DNA of 64,000 bases from Candidatus Latescibacterota bacterium (GTDB taxonomy: Bacteria > Latescibacterota > UBA2968 > GCA-2709665): the NCBI GenBank assembly GCA_965226795.1, contig CBDDDZ010000005.1, positions 1,536,001-1,600,000 of the forward strand, given 5' to 3'. A program made the translations under genes and the position numbers. Under the pieces are notes generated by a model. That model saw only the letters and a list, made by a program, of their open reading frames with translations, made no database searches and had not been told where the DNA came from. This document shows, piece after piece, positions 21,002 to 31,761 of the stretch (positions within the stretch are counted from its first letter, which is position 1; every line of letters starts with the position of its first letter).

Positions 21002-21029
21002 AACCGGTATAAGATATATTATGTAAACT
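21002..21029 (+). other. dif-like XerCD recombination site
   Basis: AACCGGTATAA-GATATA-TTATGTAAACT; 11-6-11 layout with a canonical XerD-type right arm; lies at the gene-orientation switch. Confidence 0.85.
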
Positions 21030-21073
21030 TGAAGCTGGAGCACGGGCTTGTTTGCATGTTTTCTCCGGTATTT

Positions 21074-21742
21074 CTATTTGAAGGGCTCATCCTGCTTGTA
21101 TGTCTCCTGCAATATGGTTAATTCGGTTTTCAGACGCCCTATTTCCCGGTTTTTCGCCGCCAGGTCCTCTTTGAATGCTTCGCAGCTGTTTTCGAGTATC
21201 CTGTTTTTCTTTCTCAGGTGATTCCGTTCTTCTCCGAGCCGGTTCAGTTCTTTTCTGAGCCAATGCGCCGTTAAAGCCGCCTCTTCCCGGGTTTTATCCG
21301 CAGCACGGAGGTTTTCGCGCAAACCCTCGACGTCATCCTTGTATTTTCGCGCTTCCGTCCATCCGGATGCCGACGACCCTTCGAGTTGGGTCTGGCGTTC
21401 GCTAAGTGCCCGAAGTTCGGCCGAGCGTTCAGCCAGTGTCTGCTCAACGGCGTCCAGTTTTCCGACACGCTGCTGCAACCGGTCGTAGTCGTCCCGATGA
21501 AGCTGCACCAGGGACTCGTTTTCGAGTCGTTCCAATCTTTCTGGTTCTATAATTTTTCCATATTTCTTCCTATAAATTTCCAATATATTTTCTCTAGGAA
21601 TTCTCCACGCGCCATTCCACTTCTTGGCTTTCAGAAATTCTCGATCTATGTAGTTTCGGATCGTTTTCGTTGTCACTTTGAGTAAATGTGCCGCTTGATC
21701 GATGGTTAGGTGCTGTAACTGGGAATCTCCGGAGTCGGACAT
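21074..21742 (-). CDS. Excisionase/MerR-like HTH plus long coiled-coil protein
   Basis: LTIDQAAHLLKVTTKTIRNYI...LKAKKWNGAWRIP HTH, then heptad-rich C-terminus; GGAGGG RBS. Confidence 0.8.
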   Translation of the reverse strand: MSDSGDSQLQHLTIDQAAHLLKVTTKTIRNYIDREFLKAKKWNGAWRIPRENILEIYRKKYGKIIEPERLERLENESLVQLHRDDYDRLQQRVGKLDAVEQTLAERSAELRALSERQTQLEGSSASGWTEARKYKDDVEGLRENLRAADKTREEAALTAHWLRKELNRLGEERNHLRKKNRILENSCEAFKEDLAAKNREIGRLKTELTILQETYKQDEPFK

Positions 21743-21856
21743 AATCCCTCCATTGCATAATTATTCTATTTTTTTTCAAGAATTATTATAAGGAATTTCA
21801 TCCCGGAATTCAAGAACGATTATCAGGTTGGATTCGCCCCCGGAAGGAAAATTCCA

Positions 21857-22966
21857 ATGAAAAAAGAAGGCTTGAAACGCACCCCGCTCCACGCACAGCA
21901 TGTCGCACTCAACGCGAAAATGGTGGAATTCGGAGGTTGGGAGATGCCGGTCCAATATTCCGGGATCGTTACGGAACATCGAGCAGTGCGAACGGCCGCA
22001 GGGCTGTTCGACGTCAGCCACATGGGGCAGATCCAGGTCTCGGGAGCCGGGGCCAGGGATTTTCTGCAATATCTGGCGGCCAACGACATCGAGACGCTGG
22101 AAATGGGCAGATGCCAATATTCCTTTCTCCTGAACGAACGCGGCGGCACGATTGACGACATGATGGTCTACCGGACCGACGCGGATAACTACGTTCTCGT
22201 AGTCAACGCGTCCAATGCGGAAAAAGACTGGGCCCACGTGCTCTCCACGGGGGCCGGCCGAAAAGCAATGCATCTGGATTACAAAAGCGGCGACTGTGCC
22301 CTGCTGGCATTCCAGGGTCCCGCAGCCGCCGGAATCCTGTCGGATCTGACATCCGACGATGTCACGGCGCTTCGATTCCACGACGTGCGTCCTTTTGCCG
22401 TTGCAGGCCTGCCGGTAGTGGTCGCTGCGTCGGGCTATACCGGTGAAAACGGCTTTGAGATATTCGTGCGGTCGGGCGAGGTGGAAATGTTGTGGCGCGT
22501 GATCCTGGACGCAGGTAATCATGCGGGAGCGGTACCGGTTGGTCTGGGGGCCCGGGATACGCTCCGGCTGGAGGCTTCGCTCGCCCTGTACGGGCACGAA
22601 CTGGATGAGAATACGTCCCCGTTGGATGCGAATCTGGGTTTTGCCGTCGCGAAGACCGGATCGTATATCGGTTCCGACGCGATCCGCGAACAGATGGCGC
22701 GTGGCGTCAACAAGAAATTGGTCATGCTGGAAATGATCGACCGTGGGATCCCACGCCAAGGTTACGAGATTCACCGTTCGGACGGCACGACCGCAGGCGT
22801 CGTCACCAGCGGGTCGGTCTCGCCCTGGTCCGGCAAGATCATCGCCATGGGTTTCGTAAACCCGGAGCTTGTCAGGCCTGGCCAGGAGCTGCTTGTATCC
22901 GTCCGGAACCGGCGGCTTCGAGCAAAGGTGGTTCGCCGGCCGTACTACCGTCGTCCGGGCAGTTAG
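21857..22966 (+). CDS. gcvT: Glycine cleavage system T protein (aminomethyltransferase)
   Basis: LKRTPLH, FGGWEMPVQY, GLFDVSHMG, GYTGENGFEI, GLGARDTLRLEA. Confidence 0.97.
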   Translation: MKKEGLKRTPLHAQHVALNAKMVEFGGWEMPVQYSGIVTEHRAVRTAAGLFDVSHMGQIQVSGAGARDFLQYLAANDIETLEMGRCQYSFLLNERGGTIDDMMVYRTDADNYVLVVNASNAEKDWAHVLSTGAGRKAMHLDYKSGDCALLAFQGPAAAGILSDLTSDDVTALRFHDVRPFAVAGLPVVVAASGYTGENGFEIFVRSGEVEMLWRVILDAGNHAGAVPVGLGARDTLRLEASLALYGHELDENTSPLDANLGFAVAKTGSYIGSDAIREQMARGVNKKLVMLEMIDRGIPRQGYEIHRSDGTTAGVVTSGSVSPWSGKIIAMGFVNPELVRPGQELLVSVRNRRLRAKVVRRPYYRRPGS

Positions 22967-23096
22967 TATCCTCCCCCCTACCCCCTTTGTGCCAGCCGGT
23001 TTCGATTTCCTCATCTTCGACCTTGTCTGCCCGCACGCGCAACCGATTCCATGCAAGAACGAACCCGGAATCATTGAACGACTCCGGGTTGCTGGT

Positions 23097-25550
23097 TTAT
23101 GCCACTATATTGACCAGGCGATTGGGAACGACAATCACCTTTCTGGGGACCTTGCCCGCCAGATGGCTCCTCACATTCGGCTGCTCCAGCGCCAGTCTCC
23201 TGACGTCGTCGCCTTCTGCATCCACCTCCACCTGAAACCGGGCGCGGACCTTGCCGTTGACCTGTACGGGCATCTGAATGGTTGCCGGCCGCGCAAGTTC
23301 CTCGTCACACTCGGGCCAGGCCTGTTCGTGAACGCTGTAGTTTGCGCCGATGCGTTCCCACAATTCTTCCGACAAATGCGGCGTAAAGGGCGCGATTAAC
23401 AGGCACAGCGAACGGATTGCGTCTTTCCACGCGTCCGATTCGGCGATTGCCTCGGTTTTTGCTTTTCCGAGGCGGTTGACGAAGGTCATGAGAGCGGCGA
23501 TGGCGGTGTTGAAGTCGAATGACTCCAGATCCGCCGAGACCTTCTTGATCGCCTGGTGGGTCATCCTCTTCAATTCCGTCGTCTCCCCTATCCCCGGTGG
23601 TTCGCCCGTCGCCGACGCCGGCTCCACGATAAGCGACCAGACCCGGTTCAGAAATCGGGGTACGCCTTCCATGCTCGCCGAGTTCCAGGGCCCGCCCTGA
23701 ACCCAACGGCTGATAAACATCAGATACGCCCGAACGCTGTCAACGCCGTGCGCGTCGATGAGATCGTCCGGATTCACCACGTTTCCCCGGGACTTGCTCA
23801 TTTTCTCGGAATCCTCGCCGAGTATGATTCCCTGGTTGAACAGCCGGACCATGGGTTCGACTTCATCGGTGTCGATCAGCTTCATGTCCCGCATCGCCAT
23901 CGTGAAGAAACGGGTGTAGAGCAGATGCATCGTCGCGTGTTCTATGCCGCCCGTATACTGATCCACCGGCAGCCAGTACGCCCCTTCGTCCGGATCGAAC
24001 GGGCCGGCACCGTAACAAGGACTGAGATACCGGTACTGATACCAGGAAGAACACATGAACGTATCCATCGTATCGGTTTCTCTCAACGCATCCCCGTGAC
24101 ATTCCGGGCAGGTCGTATGCAGGAATCCTTCGTGACGTTTCAGAGGAGATTCGCCCGTAGGCAGAAACTCCGCGTCGTCGGGCAGCGTCACAGGAAGATC
24201 CCGCTCCGGGACGGGCACCACGCCGCAGTCGGCGCAGTAGATGATCGGTATGGGACAACCCCAATACCGCTGACGCGAAATCAGCCAGTCGTGCAACCGA
24301 TAGTTTACCTGCCGCTCTCCGATTCCCCGATCTTCCAGATCGTCAGCCACCGCATTCCTCGCGGCATCGGACGGCATTCCGCTGAATCGGTCGGAATTGA
24401 CCAGAGTGCCTTCTCCTTCGTATGGACGCTCAAGGGGGCGACCATCCCAGTCGGGAGGCGAAATTACCGTTGAAACGGTCAATCCGTACCGTTTCGCAAA
24501 CCCGAAATCCCTTTCGTCGTGTCCGGGCACGGCCATGATCGCGCCGGTTCCGTACGTTGTCAGTACATAATCGGCGATAAAGATCGGAACCTCAGCGTCG
24601 TTCATGGGGTTTATTGCATACGCGCCAGTAAAAACACCATCCCTGTCCTTGTCCAACGACAACCGATCGATTTCGGATCGCCGGCCGGTTTTTTCGCGGT
24701 ACGACGCGACTTCTGCCGCCCGGGCCTGCGTTGTAAGCGTATCGACAAGATGATGCTCCGGCGCAAGTACAGCGAACGTTACGCCGAAGATCGTATCCGC
24801 GCGCGTGGTGAAAACCCGGAGCGATTCCCCCGTTCCCTTCACGCTCATTTCAAACGTCACCCCTTCGCTTCGGCCGATCCAGTTGGTCTGCATCGTTTCG
24901 ACCCGGTCGGGCCAGTCCAGGCCCGAAAAATTCAGCAGCGAATCCGCATATTTCGTTATCCGGAACAACCACTGATCCAGGTCTTTTTTGACAACGGGTG
25001 TATTGCAACGCTCGCAGTGGCGGTCGTCTCCCCACACCTGCTCTCTTGCAATCGTGGTATTGCAGCGGGGACACCAGTCCACCGGGGCCTTTTTCCGATA
25101 AGCCAACCCGTGGCGATAAAACTGCAGGAAAAGCCACTGCGTCCACTTGTAGTATTCAGGTTCGCACGTGATGATCTCTCTGTCCCAGTCGAACATGGCG
25201 CCCATTCTTTTCAGGTGTCGCCGCATTCTTTCCACGTTGTCCATAGTCCATTTGACCGGATGAATTCCCCTTTCGATGGCAGCATTCTCCGCCGGCAGCC
25301 CAAACGCATCAAAACCAATCGGGAACAGGACGTTGTATCCTTTCATCCGCATCCATCTGGCGCGTGCATCGGAAGGCGCCATTGCATACCAGTGTCCGAT
25401 ATGCAGGTCTCCCGAGGTATACGGCAACATCGTCAGCGCGTAGTGCTTGGGTTCGCCTTCCTTGACGGCGCTCCTGTAGAGCCCCGTCTCCTCCCAGTGT
25501 GTGCGCCATTTGGATTCGATCGAAGCAAAATCATATCCACTCTCAGCCAT
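23097..25550 (-). CDS. leuS: Leucine--tRNA ligase
   Basis: HIGH and KMSKS motifs, editing-domain GTGAIMAVPGHD; start placed at MAESG (GGGAG RBS). Confidence 0.97.
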   Translation of the reverse strand: MAESGYDFASIESKWRTHWEETGLYRSAVKEGEPKHYALTMLPYTSGDLHIGHWYAMAPSDARARWMRMKGYNVLFPIGFDAFGLPAENAAIERGIHPVKWTMDNVERMRRHLKRMGAMFDWDREIITCEPEYYKWTQWLFLQFYRHGLAYRKKAPVDWCPRCNTTIAREQVWGDDRHCERCNTPVVKKDLDQWLFRITKYADSLLNFSGLDWPDRVETMQTNWIGRSEGVTFEMSVKGTGESLRVFTTRADTIFGVTFAVLAPEHHLVDTLTTQARAAEVASYREKTGRRSEIDRLSLDKDRDGVFTGAYAINPMNDAEVPIFIADYVLTTYGTGAIMAVPGHDERDFGFAKRYGLTVSTVISPPDWDGRPLERPYEGEGTLVNSDRFSGMPSDAARNAVADDLEDRGIGERQVNYRLHDWLISRQRYWGCPIPIIYCADCGVVPVPERDLPVTLPDDAEFLPTGESPLKRHEGFLHTTCPECHGDALRETDTMDTFMCSSWYQYRYLSPCYGAGPFDPDEGAYWLPVDQYTGGIEHATMHLLYTRFFTMAMRDMKLIDTDEVEPMVRLFNQGIILGEDSEKMSKSRGNVVNPDDLIDAHGVDSVRAYLMFISRWVQGGPWNSASMEGVPRFLNRVWSLIVEPASATGEPPGIGETTELKRMTHQAIKKVSADLESFDFNTAIAALMTFVNRLGKAKTEAIAESDAWKDAIRSLCLLIAPFTPHLSEELWERIGANYSVHEQAWPECDEELARPATIQMPVQVNGKVRARFQVEVDAEGDDVRRLALEQPNVRSHLAGKVPRKVIVVPNRLVNIVA

Positions 25551-25574
25551 CTGACGGCTCCCTATTCTCACATT

Positions 25575-26870
25575 TTATGGGTAAAGCCGCTGCAGCATCC
25601 GGGGAAACGGAATGGTTTCCCGTACATGCCGCAACCCGCAGATCCACGCCACGGTCCGTTCAATGCCCAGCCCGAAACCGGCGTGTGGAACGGATCCGTA
25701 GCGCCTCAGGTCCAGGTACCATTGGAAGGGAGTCTCGTCAAGTCCGTGTTCGGCGATTTTCCGCCGCAATTCCTCCAGGTTGTCCTCACGTTGCCCGCCC
25801 CCGATGATTTCTCCGTATCCTTCAGACGCCAGCATATCCATACACAGCGCCAGCCGACCATCGTCCGGATCCCCTTTCATGTAAAAGGCTTTGCACGCCG
25901 CGGGATACCGGTGCACCAAAACCGGACGATCGAACTGTTCGGCCAGCACGGTTTCTTCGTCGCCGCCGAAATCATCGCCCCACGCATGGGATATGCCGTT
26001 CTGGTTCAAAAGGCCCACCGCTTCACTATATGAGATTCTGGGGAACGGTTTCTTCACGCGCTCGAGTGGCTCGAGATCCCGTTGCAGTAGCTCCAGTTCC
26101 TTCCGGCGTCTTTCCAGGACCTGCTGAACCACCGTGCTGACGAAGTCTTCCGCCAGATCCATGTCGCCATTCAGATCCAGGTAAGCGACCTCCGGTTCGA
26201 CCATCCAGAATTCGGCAAGGTGGCGACGGGTTTTCGATTTCTCCGCCCTGAACGTCGGCCCGAAACAGTAGACCTTGCCGAAGGCCATGGCGCTGGCCTC
26301 CAGATACAGTTGACCGCTCTGGGTCAGGTATGCCTGATCGTCAAAGTAGTCGGTCTGAAAAAGTGTCGTCGTACCCTCGCAGGAGGATGGTGTAAAGATC
26401 GGCGAATCCGTCAGTACGAACTCTCGTTCGTCGAAATAACTCCTGCACGCCCGGATGACTTCGCTTCGCACACGCAAGATGGCGTGCTGACGGGAAGAAC
26501 GCAGCCAGAGATGACGATGATCCATCAAAAAGGCGGTCCCGTGCGCCTTTGGCGTAATGGGATAGGGTTCCGATGCCTGGACCACCTCGATATCGGAAAC
26601 GCCAACCTCAAAACCCAGAGGCGAGCGTCTGTCCTCGCGCACATCCCCCCATACGCGCAGGGACGACTCCTGAGTCAGGCTGCCTGAGCGCTCGAACAGG
26701 TCGGACGACACGTCCCCCTTGAACACAACACATTGCACCACACCGGTTCCGTCCCTCAGTTGCAGAAAGTGCAGCTTTCCGCTGGAGCGTTTGTTGTGCA
26801 ACCAGCCCTGAAGCAGGACATCACGTCCTTCGTACTCCGCGATCTTTGAAATCGAAATGGGTATGGCCAT
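25575..26870 (-). CDS. asnS: Asparagine--tRNA ligase
   Basis: OB-fold N-terminus, [43 protein letters not shown]. Confidence 0.95.
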   Translation of the reverse strand: MAIPISISKIAEYEGRDVLLQGWLHNKRSSGKLHFLQLRDGTGVVQCVVFKGDVSSDLFERSGSLTQESSLRVWGDVREDRRSPLGFEVGVSDIEVVQASEPYPITPKAHGTAFLMDHRHLWLRSSRQHAILRVRSEVIRACRSYFDEREFVLTDSPIFTPSSCEGTTTLFQTDYFDDQAYLTQSGQLYLEASAMAFGKVYCFGPTFRAEKSKTRRHLAEFWMVEPEVAYLDLNGDMDLAEDFVSTVVQQVLERRRKELELLQRDLEPLERVKKPFPRISYSEAVGLLNQNGISHAWGDDFGGDEETVLAEQFDRPVLVHRYPAACKAFYMKGDPDDGRLALCMDMLASEGYGEIIGGGQREDNLEELRRKIAEHGLDETPFQWYLDLRRYGSVPHAGFGLGIERTVAWICGLRHVRETIPFPRMLQRLYP

Positions 26871-27062
26871 CGTATTCCTCCCCGGGTCACGCAGTCGATG
26901 CGTCCGAAGACCCCAGTGCGACGGTCCGACGGATCCGAAGCGCCCCGGATATGGATTCGGTGGTTCGCGATATGCAGTTCCTTTTCCCTACTGTGCAAAA
27001 CCAAAAAAGACGATCGGGAAGTTGCCGATCGCCTTCTGCCGTCCCCTGGCTGACCACGCGGA

Positions 27063-29201
27063 TCAGCGCCGGTTGGGCCTTCGCGGACCTCGCGATTGGC
27101 GCGGCGGCGGTTCGACGTACCCCGGAGGGGGTTCGAAGGTCGCCTTGCGACTAAGTCGAATCTTGCCCTGGTCGTCGATCGCAATCACCTTGACGTCCAC
27201 CTTATCCCTTTCGGACAGCACGTCTTCGACCTTGTTCACCCGGCTGTAATCCAACTCGGATATGTGACAGAGCCCCTCTTTTCCGGGGAGAATCTCGATA
27301 AAGGCACCGAATTCCATTAGACGCTTGACCGTGCCATTGTACACCCGGCCCACTTCCGCATCTTCCACCAGCGCCTTGATCCTCTCCATAGCTTCTTCCC
27401 CGGCTGCGGCATCGACCGAACTGACGGTAATCAGTCCATCGTCTTCCACCGCCACAGTGGCGCCCGTCTCTTCAATACTGCGAATGGTCTTGCCGCCCGG
27501 GCCGATAACCGTGCCGATCTTGGCCGGATCGATATAAAGGGAAAGAATACGCGGCGCGTACGGAGACAACTCCGGCCTCGGGCGGACAATCGCTTCGTTC
27601 ATTTTGTCCAGAATGTGGTCCAGTGCTCCCCGGGCGCGTCCAAAGGCCTCCTGCATAATCTCAAAACTGATACCCTTGATCTTGATGTCCAGCTGGATCG
27701 ATGTCAATCCCTCGGCCGTCCCCGCGATCTTCAGATCCATATCGCCGAGATGGTCTTCCTCGCCCAAAATGTCGGTCAGCAGCGCCCAACTGGAACCGTC
27801 CTCCCCCATCACCAGCCCTACACCCGCGCCCGCAACCGCCGTCTTAACGGGAACACCTGCATCCATCAGGGCGAGCGATCCGCCGCACACCGTGGCCATA
27901 GACGACGAACTGTTGGATTCCAGGATCTCGGAAACCACCCGAATCGTATAGGGAAAATGCTTTTCTTTGGGTATGACGGGAACCAGCGCCTTTTCTGCAA
28001 GGACTCCGTGGCCGATTTCCCGCCGCCCGGGGGCCCCGATCCGGCGGGTTTCCCCAACGCTGTACGACGGAAAGTTGTAGTCCAGCATGAAACTCTTATA
28101 GGACATTCCCTCGAGATCGTCCACCATGCGGGTATCCAGCTTGCTGCCCAGCGTGGCCACGCATAGCGCCTGGGTCTGCCCCCTCGTAAACATGGCCGAC
28201 CCGTGTACGCGCGGCAATGGCCCGAGTTCAATTTCAATCGGCCGCACTTCGTCCAGGGCCCTTCCGTCGATCCTCCGGTCCTCCTCCAGAATCATCCGGC
28301 GCATTTCCGCCTTGACAATCGCTCCGATCTCCGCGGCGATTTCCGCGCGCGATTCCGGAAACCTCTCTTCCAGGGCCGCCTGTGTATCCTCTTCAATTCC
28401 GGCAATGACGTTCGCCCGGTCTTCTTTCTCAGACAACCGGTTCGCCTCTCGGATGCGCAGAGCCACCAGTGCCCTCACGGCTTCTTCAAGCGCTTCATCG
28501 GGTTCGGATTCAACAACCTCCCGCTTTGGTTTGCCGCACCGGGCCACCAGGTCTTCCTGCATTTCCACCAGCCTGGCGATGGCATCCTGACCCGCCCGCA
28601 GGGCTCCCAACACGTCGGCGTCCGGCGCCTCGTGGCATACGCCCTCAACGGAGATAATCGATTCTTTGTTTCCGGACACGATGATGTTGATGTCGCTTTC
28701 GTCCAGTTGTTCATAGGTTGGATTGATCACGTACTCGCCGTTTATCCGTCCCACCTTCACCGCGCCGATCGGCCCGTCGAACGGAATGTCGGAGACACAG
28801 ACAGCTGCCGATGCGCCGTTCATCGCCAGCACGGCAGGGTCGTTTTCTTCATCGAACGAAAGTATGGTTACCAGAACCTGCGTTTCCACGTTCCGTATCA
28901 GGAACAAAGGCCGAATCTGGTGGTCGATCAACCTGGCACTCACCTTTTCCGTTGTGGAAGGCGCGCTTTCCCGCTTGAAAAAGTTCCCGGGTATTCTGCC
29001 GCTCGCGTAGAATTTCTCTCGATAGTCCACTGTCAGTGGAAAGAAATCCAAATCGGATTCTCTGGTATCCGCCACCGTAGCCACCAGCACCACGGTTTCA
29101 CCATACTGCATCCATACGGCGCCATGGGCCTGCTTGGCCACGCGTCCGTGTTCAATTGATAACGTCCGTCCGTCCAGTTCCATTTCAAATTTTTCTGCCA
29201 T
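27063..29201 (-). CDS. pnp: Polyribonucleotide nucleotidyltransferase
   Basis: FFPLTVDYRE, RREIGHG, TDILGEEDHLGDMDLKIAG, KH and S1 domains. Confidence 0.98.
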   Translation of the reverse strand: MAEKFEMELDGRTLSIEHGRVAKQAHGAVWMQYGETVVLVATVADTRESDLDFFPLTVDYREKFYASGRIPGNFFKRESAPSTTEKVSARLIDHQIRPLFLIRNVETQVLVTILSFDEENDPAVLAMNGASAAVCVSDIPFDGPIGAVKVGRINGEYVINPTYEQLDESDINIIVSGNKESIISVEGVCHEAPDADVLGALRAGQDAIARLVEMQEDLVARCGKPKREVVESEPDEALEEAVRALVALRIREANRLSEKEDRANVIAGIEEDTQAALEERFPESRAEIAAEIGAIVKAEMRRMILEEDRRIDGRALDEVRPIEIELGPLPRVHGSAMFTRGQTQALCVATLGSKLDTRMVDDLEGMSYKSFMLDYNFPSYSVGETRRIGAPGRREIGHGVLAEKALVPVIPKEKHFPYTIRVVSEILESNSSSSMATVCGGSLALMDAGVPVKTAVAGAGVGLVMGEDGSSWALLTDILGEEDHLGDMDLKIAGTAEGLTSIQLDIKIKGISFEIMQEAFGRARGALDHILDKMNEAIVRPRPELSPYAPRILSLYIDPAKIGTVIGPGGKTIRSIEETGATVAVEDDGLITVSSVDAAAGEEAMERIKALVEDAEVGRVYNGTVKRLMEFGAFIEILPGKEGLCHISELDYSRVNKVEDVLSERDKVDVKVIAIDDQGKIRLSRKATFEPPPGYVEPPPRQSRGPRRPNRR

Positions 29202-29276
29202 CCACCCCTTCTCCTGAAAAAAAATGAACGTACCTCCAGCCTGTAGCCGCTAATTCGGGTAATTCGCTGCAGACAT

Positions 29277-29546
29277 TCAACCACGTATTCCGAGTTTGCC
29301 AATCAATGCACGATATCCGGCCAGGTCACGGCGCTGCATATACTTCAGGAAACGCCGGCGCTGGCCTACCAGTTTGAGCAGCCCGCGGCGCGAGTGGTGA
29401 TCTTTCATATGCCGCCGGGCGTGTTCGGTCAACATCCTTATCCGCTCCGTCAACAGTGCGATCTGCACTTCAACGGATCCGGTATCCTGGGCGGCTCGAC
29501 CGAAGGAATCCACCAATTCGCCTTTCTTTTCTTTTGCTAAACCCAA
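29277..29546 (-). CDS. rpsO: 30S ribosomal protein S15
   Basis: [13 protein letters not shown]...[18 protein letters not shown]. Confidence 0.98.
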   Translation of the reverse strand: MGLAKEKKGELVDSFGRAAQDTGSVEVQIALLTERIRMLTEHARRHMKDHHSRRGLLKLVGQRRRFLKYMQRRDLAGYRALIGKLGIRG

Positions 29547-30493
29547 TGCTTTACCTCCATGTGATGGAACAACTCCTGTCCCAAAATGTCCCGGGCTCGC
29601 TGCCCGTCTCTGTGAATTTGCGAAATCAACGCTTCTGAATTCCGAAACCGGCGTTCGCCGCGCAGGCGATCCACCAGTTCCAGCGATATCCGGCGTCCGT
29701 AAAGATCCCCGTTGAAATCCAGCAGGTGGGCCTCCAACATCCTGTGCTTTCCGTTAAAGGTAGGACGTACGCCGAGGTTTATTACGGCTGCGTAGTGTTC
29801 AGGCACAAACGCTCTGGCCGCGTACACCCCATCTGGCGGCAACAGCTTCATGGAATCGTCCGGCACAATATTGGCGGTTGGATAACCCAGTTGCCGCCCG
29901 CGGCCATCGCCAGGCGTCACACTGCCTGAAACGGGATATCCGCCTCCCAGCATCTCACGGGCTTCGTCAATTTTCCCCTTTCGCACCAGCTCCCGAAGCC
30001 GGCTGCTGCTTACCGGGCAATCTCCGACCATCACTGGCGACACAATCGAAACCTCGAAACCGAACCGATCGCCAAGCGCCCGCATGGTTTCTGGGTCGCC
30101 GCTTCGGCCTTTGCCGAATCCGTGATCGTAACCCAGCACCACAACCTTCGCGTCCAGATACTCCACCAAATAGGTCGATACAAATGCCTCGGGACCTAAC
30201 ATCTGTACCTGCCGGGTAAATGGAATGACCGCCAATACGTCGAGCCCGGCATCTTCAAGCCGCCTGCGCTTCTCGTCCATGGATGTCAGAACGACCGGCG
30301 GGTCGTCAGGATGGATAACGGCCCGTGGATGCGGATCGAAGGTGACGGCAACGGCGGTGCCGGACCGCGCCCGGGCCATTGCGACAACGACTTCGATTAC
30401 GGCCCGATGCCCACGGTGGACACCGTCGAATGTGCCGACCGTGACCACCGCGCTAGATAAGTCGAGCGTCTGCTCTAACGTTCGCGTCTGCAT
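29537..30493 (-). CDS. ribF: Bifunctional riboflavin kinase/FAD synthetase
   Basis: [33 protein letters not shown]; start inferred at MQTRT. Confidence 0.95.
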   Translation of the reverse strand: MQTRTLEQTLDLSSAVVTVGTFDGVHRGHRAVIEVVVAMARARSGTAVAVTFDPHPRAVIHPDDPPVVLTSMDEKRRRLEDAGLDVLAVIPFTRQVQMLGPEAFVSTYLVEYLDAKVVVLGYDHGFGKGRSGDPETMRALGDRFGFEVSIVSPVMVGDCPVSSSRLRELVRKGKIDEAREMLGGGYPVSGSVTPGDGRGRQLGYPTANIVPDDSMKLLPPDGVYAARAFVPEHYAAVINLGVRPTFNGKHRMLEAHLLDFNGDLYGRRISLELVDRLRGERRFRNSEALISQIHRDGQRARDILGQELFHHMEVKHWV

Positions 30494-30498
30494 CCGTT

Positions 30499-31392
30499 TC
30501 AACCTTTTGGTTGGCTCAGCACCCGTACGGGCTTCAAGCTCCCGTCTTCGGCCCTCCAACGCCCGATGCCGAGCAACACCCCCTCGGGATATAGCGCCCG
30601 TACGAGCCGGCCCGACTCGAGGGCGTTTCCGTCCTCTACATTGGCGACGGCATTGCCGTGAACAAAACAACCTGCCTGAGCGGCGTTCAAGTTGAGACGT
30701 GGCAGGTCGCGCAATAACCGGTTCGGGTCCATGAGGTACGGCTGCAGTTCCACCTCCGACCCGACCGATTCGAGCCGTGAAAGGGTAACGCACTGATCGA
30801 CACGAACGGGTCCGGCAGCCATGCGCCTGAGGCCGGCCAGATATGCGCCACAACCCAGCTCCCGGCCGATATCGTCGGCCAAGGTGCGGATATATGTACC
30901 CTTTGAACAGGAGATCGTCAGGTGTAAATCGGGTGGCGCAAAGTTTTCAATATCGATTCCGAAGATGCGCACATGGGACGGTCGTCGGGTGACTTCCGCG
31001 CCCTTCCGCGCCAGTTTGTACAATCGACTGCCATCTACCTTTCGGGCTGAAAACATCGGCGGAATCTGCTCAATTTCGCCAACAAAGGAAGCCACCGCGC
31101 GACGGACAACCGACGACTCGGCGGGTACGCGGTCGGACCGCGCCACAACTTCCCCTTCCGCGTCCAGAGTACTTGTACGAATTCCGAGCCGGATATGGGC
31201 GGAATACGTCTTGTCGTGGTTTGCAAGATAGGAACTGAGTCGGGTCGCCTTGCCGAGGCACAACACCAGAACTCCGGTCGCGAGCGGGTCCAGAGTGCCC
31301 GTATGCCCCACTTTCCGAATGTCCAGCCGTCGTCGAACGCGGTCGATCACATCGTGAGACGTCAGTTCCAGAGGCTTGTCGATGGGCAACAC
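30499..31392 (-). CDS. truB: tRNA pseudouridine(55) synthase
   Basis: IDKP, KVGHTGTLDPLATGVL, QIPPMFSA, CSKGTYIRTLA; true start may be 15 nt upstream (see findings). Confidence 0.96.
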   Translation of the reverse strand: MLPIDKPLELTSHDVIDRVRRRLDIRKVGHTGTLDPLATGVLVLCLGKATRLSSYLANHDKTYSAHIRLGIRTSTLDAEGEVVARSDRVPAESSVVRRAVASFVGEIEQIPPMFSARKVDGSRLYKLARKGAEVTRRPSHVRIFGIDIENFAPPDLHLTISCSKGTYIRTLADDIGRELGCGAYLAGLRRMAAGPVRVDQCVTLSRLESVGSEVELQPYLMDPNRLLRDLPRLNLNAAQAGCFVHGNAVANVEDGNALESGRLVRALYPEGVLLGIGRWRAEDGSLKPVRVLSQPKG

Positions 31393-31422
31393 GCCAGTGA
31401 CGTTGATCCTGGCCTCCCCATT

Positions 31423-31761
31423 CTACGGCTTCAAGTCATCCAGCAGCTTATCGATCCTGCTGGCGTGCTCCAACGTCTGATCCAGCTTGAACTCCAGTTC
31501 CGGCACGTGTCTCAGCCGGATACGCCCGCCGAGTTCCTTACGGAGAAACGGCATCGCGCGCTGCAGGGTCTTCAGGCTCTCGTCGCGAATCTGCCCCTCA
31601 CCCATCACGCTAACGTATACCCGCGCGAATTTCAGATCCCGTGTCACCCGCACGTCCATGACGGTGACGTAACCCAGACGAGGATCCTTCACGTGACGGT
31701 GGATCAAGTCACTCAGTTCTTCCTGAATCTGCCGTCCAACGCTCTCGGCGCGCCACATCAC
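31423..31761 (-). CDS. rbfA: Ribosome-binding factor A
   Basis: VKDPRLGYVTV...DLKFARVY...LRHVPELEF. Confidence 0.96.
   Translation of the reverse strand: MMWRAESVGRQIQEELSDLIHRHVKDPRLGYVTVMDVRVTRDLKFARVYVSVMGEGQIRDESLKTLQRAMPFLRKELGGRIRLRHVPELEFKLDQTLEHASRIDKLLDDLKP

Noticed and set aside
29537..30853. 438-aa extended ribF ORF from the track
   Set aside because: The extension overlaps truB in another frame; homology begins near MQTRT at 30493
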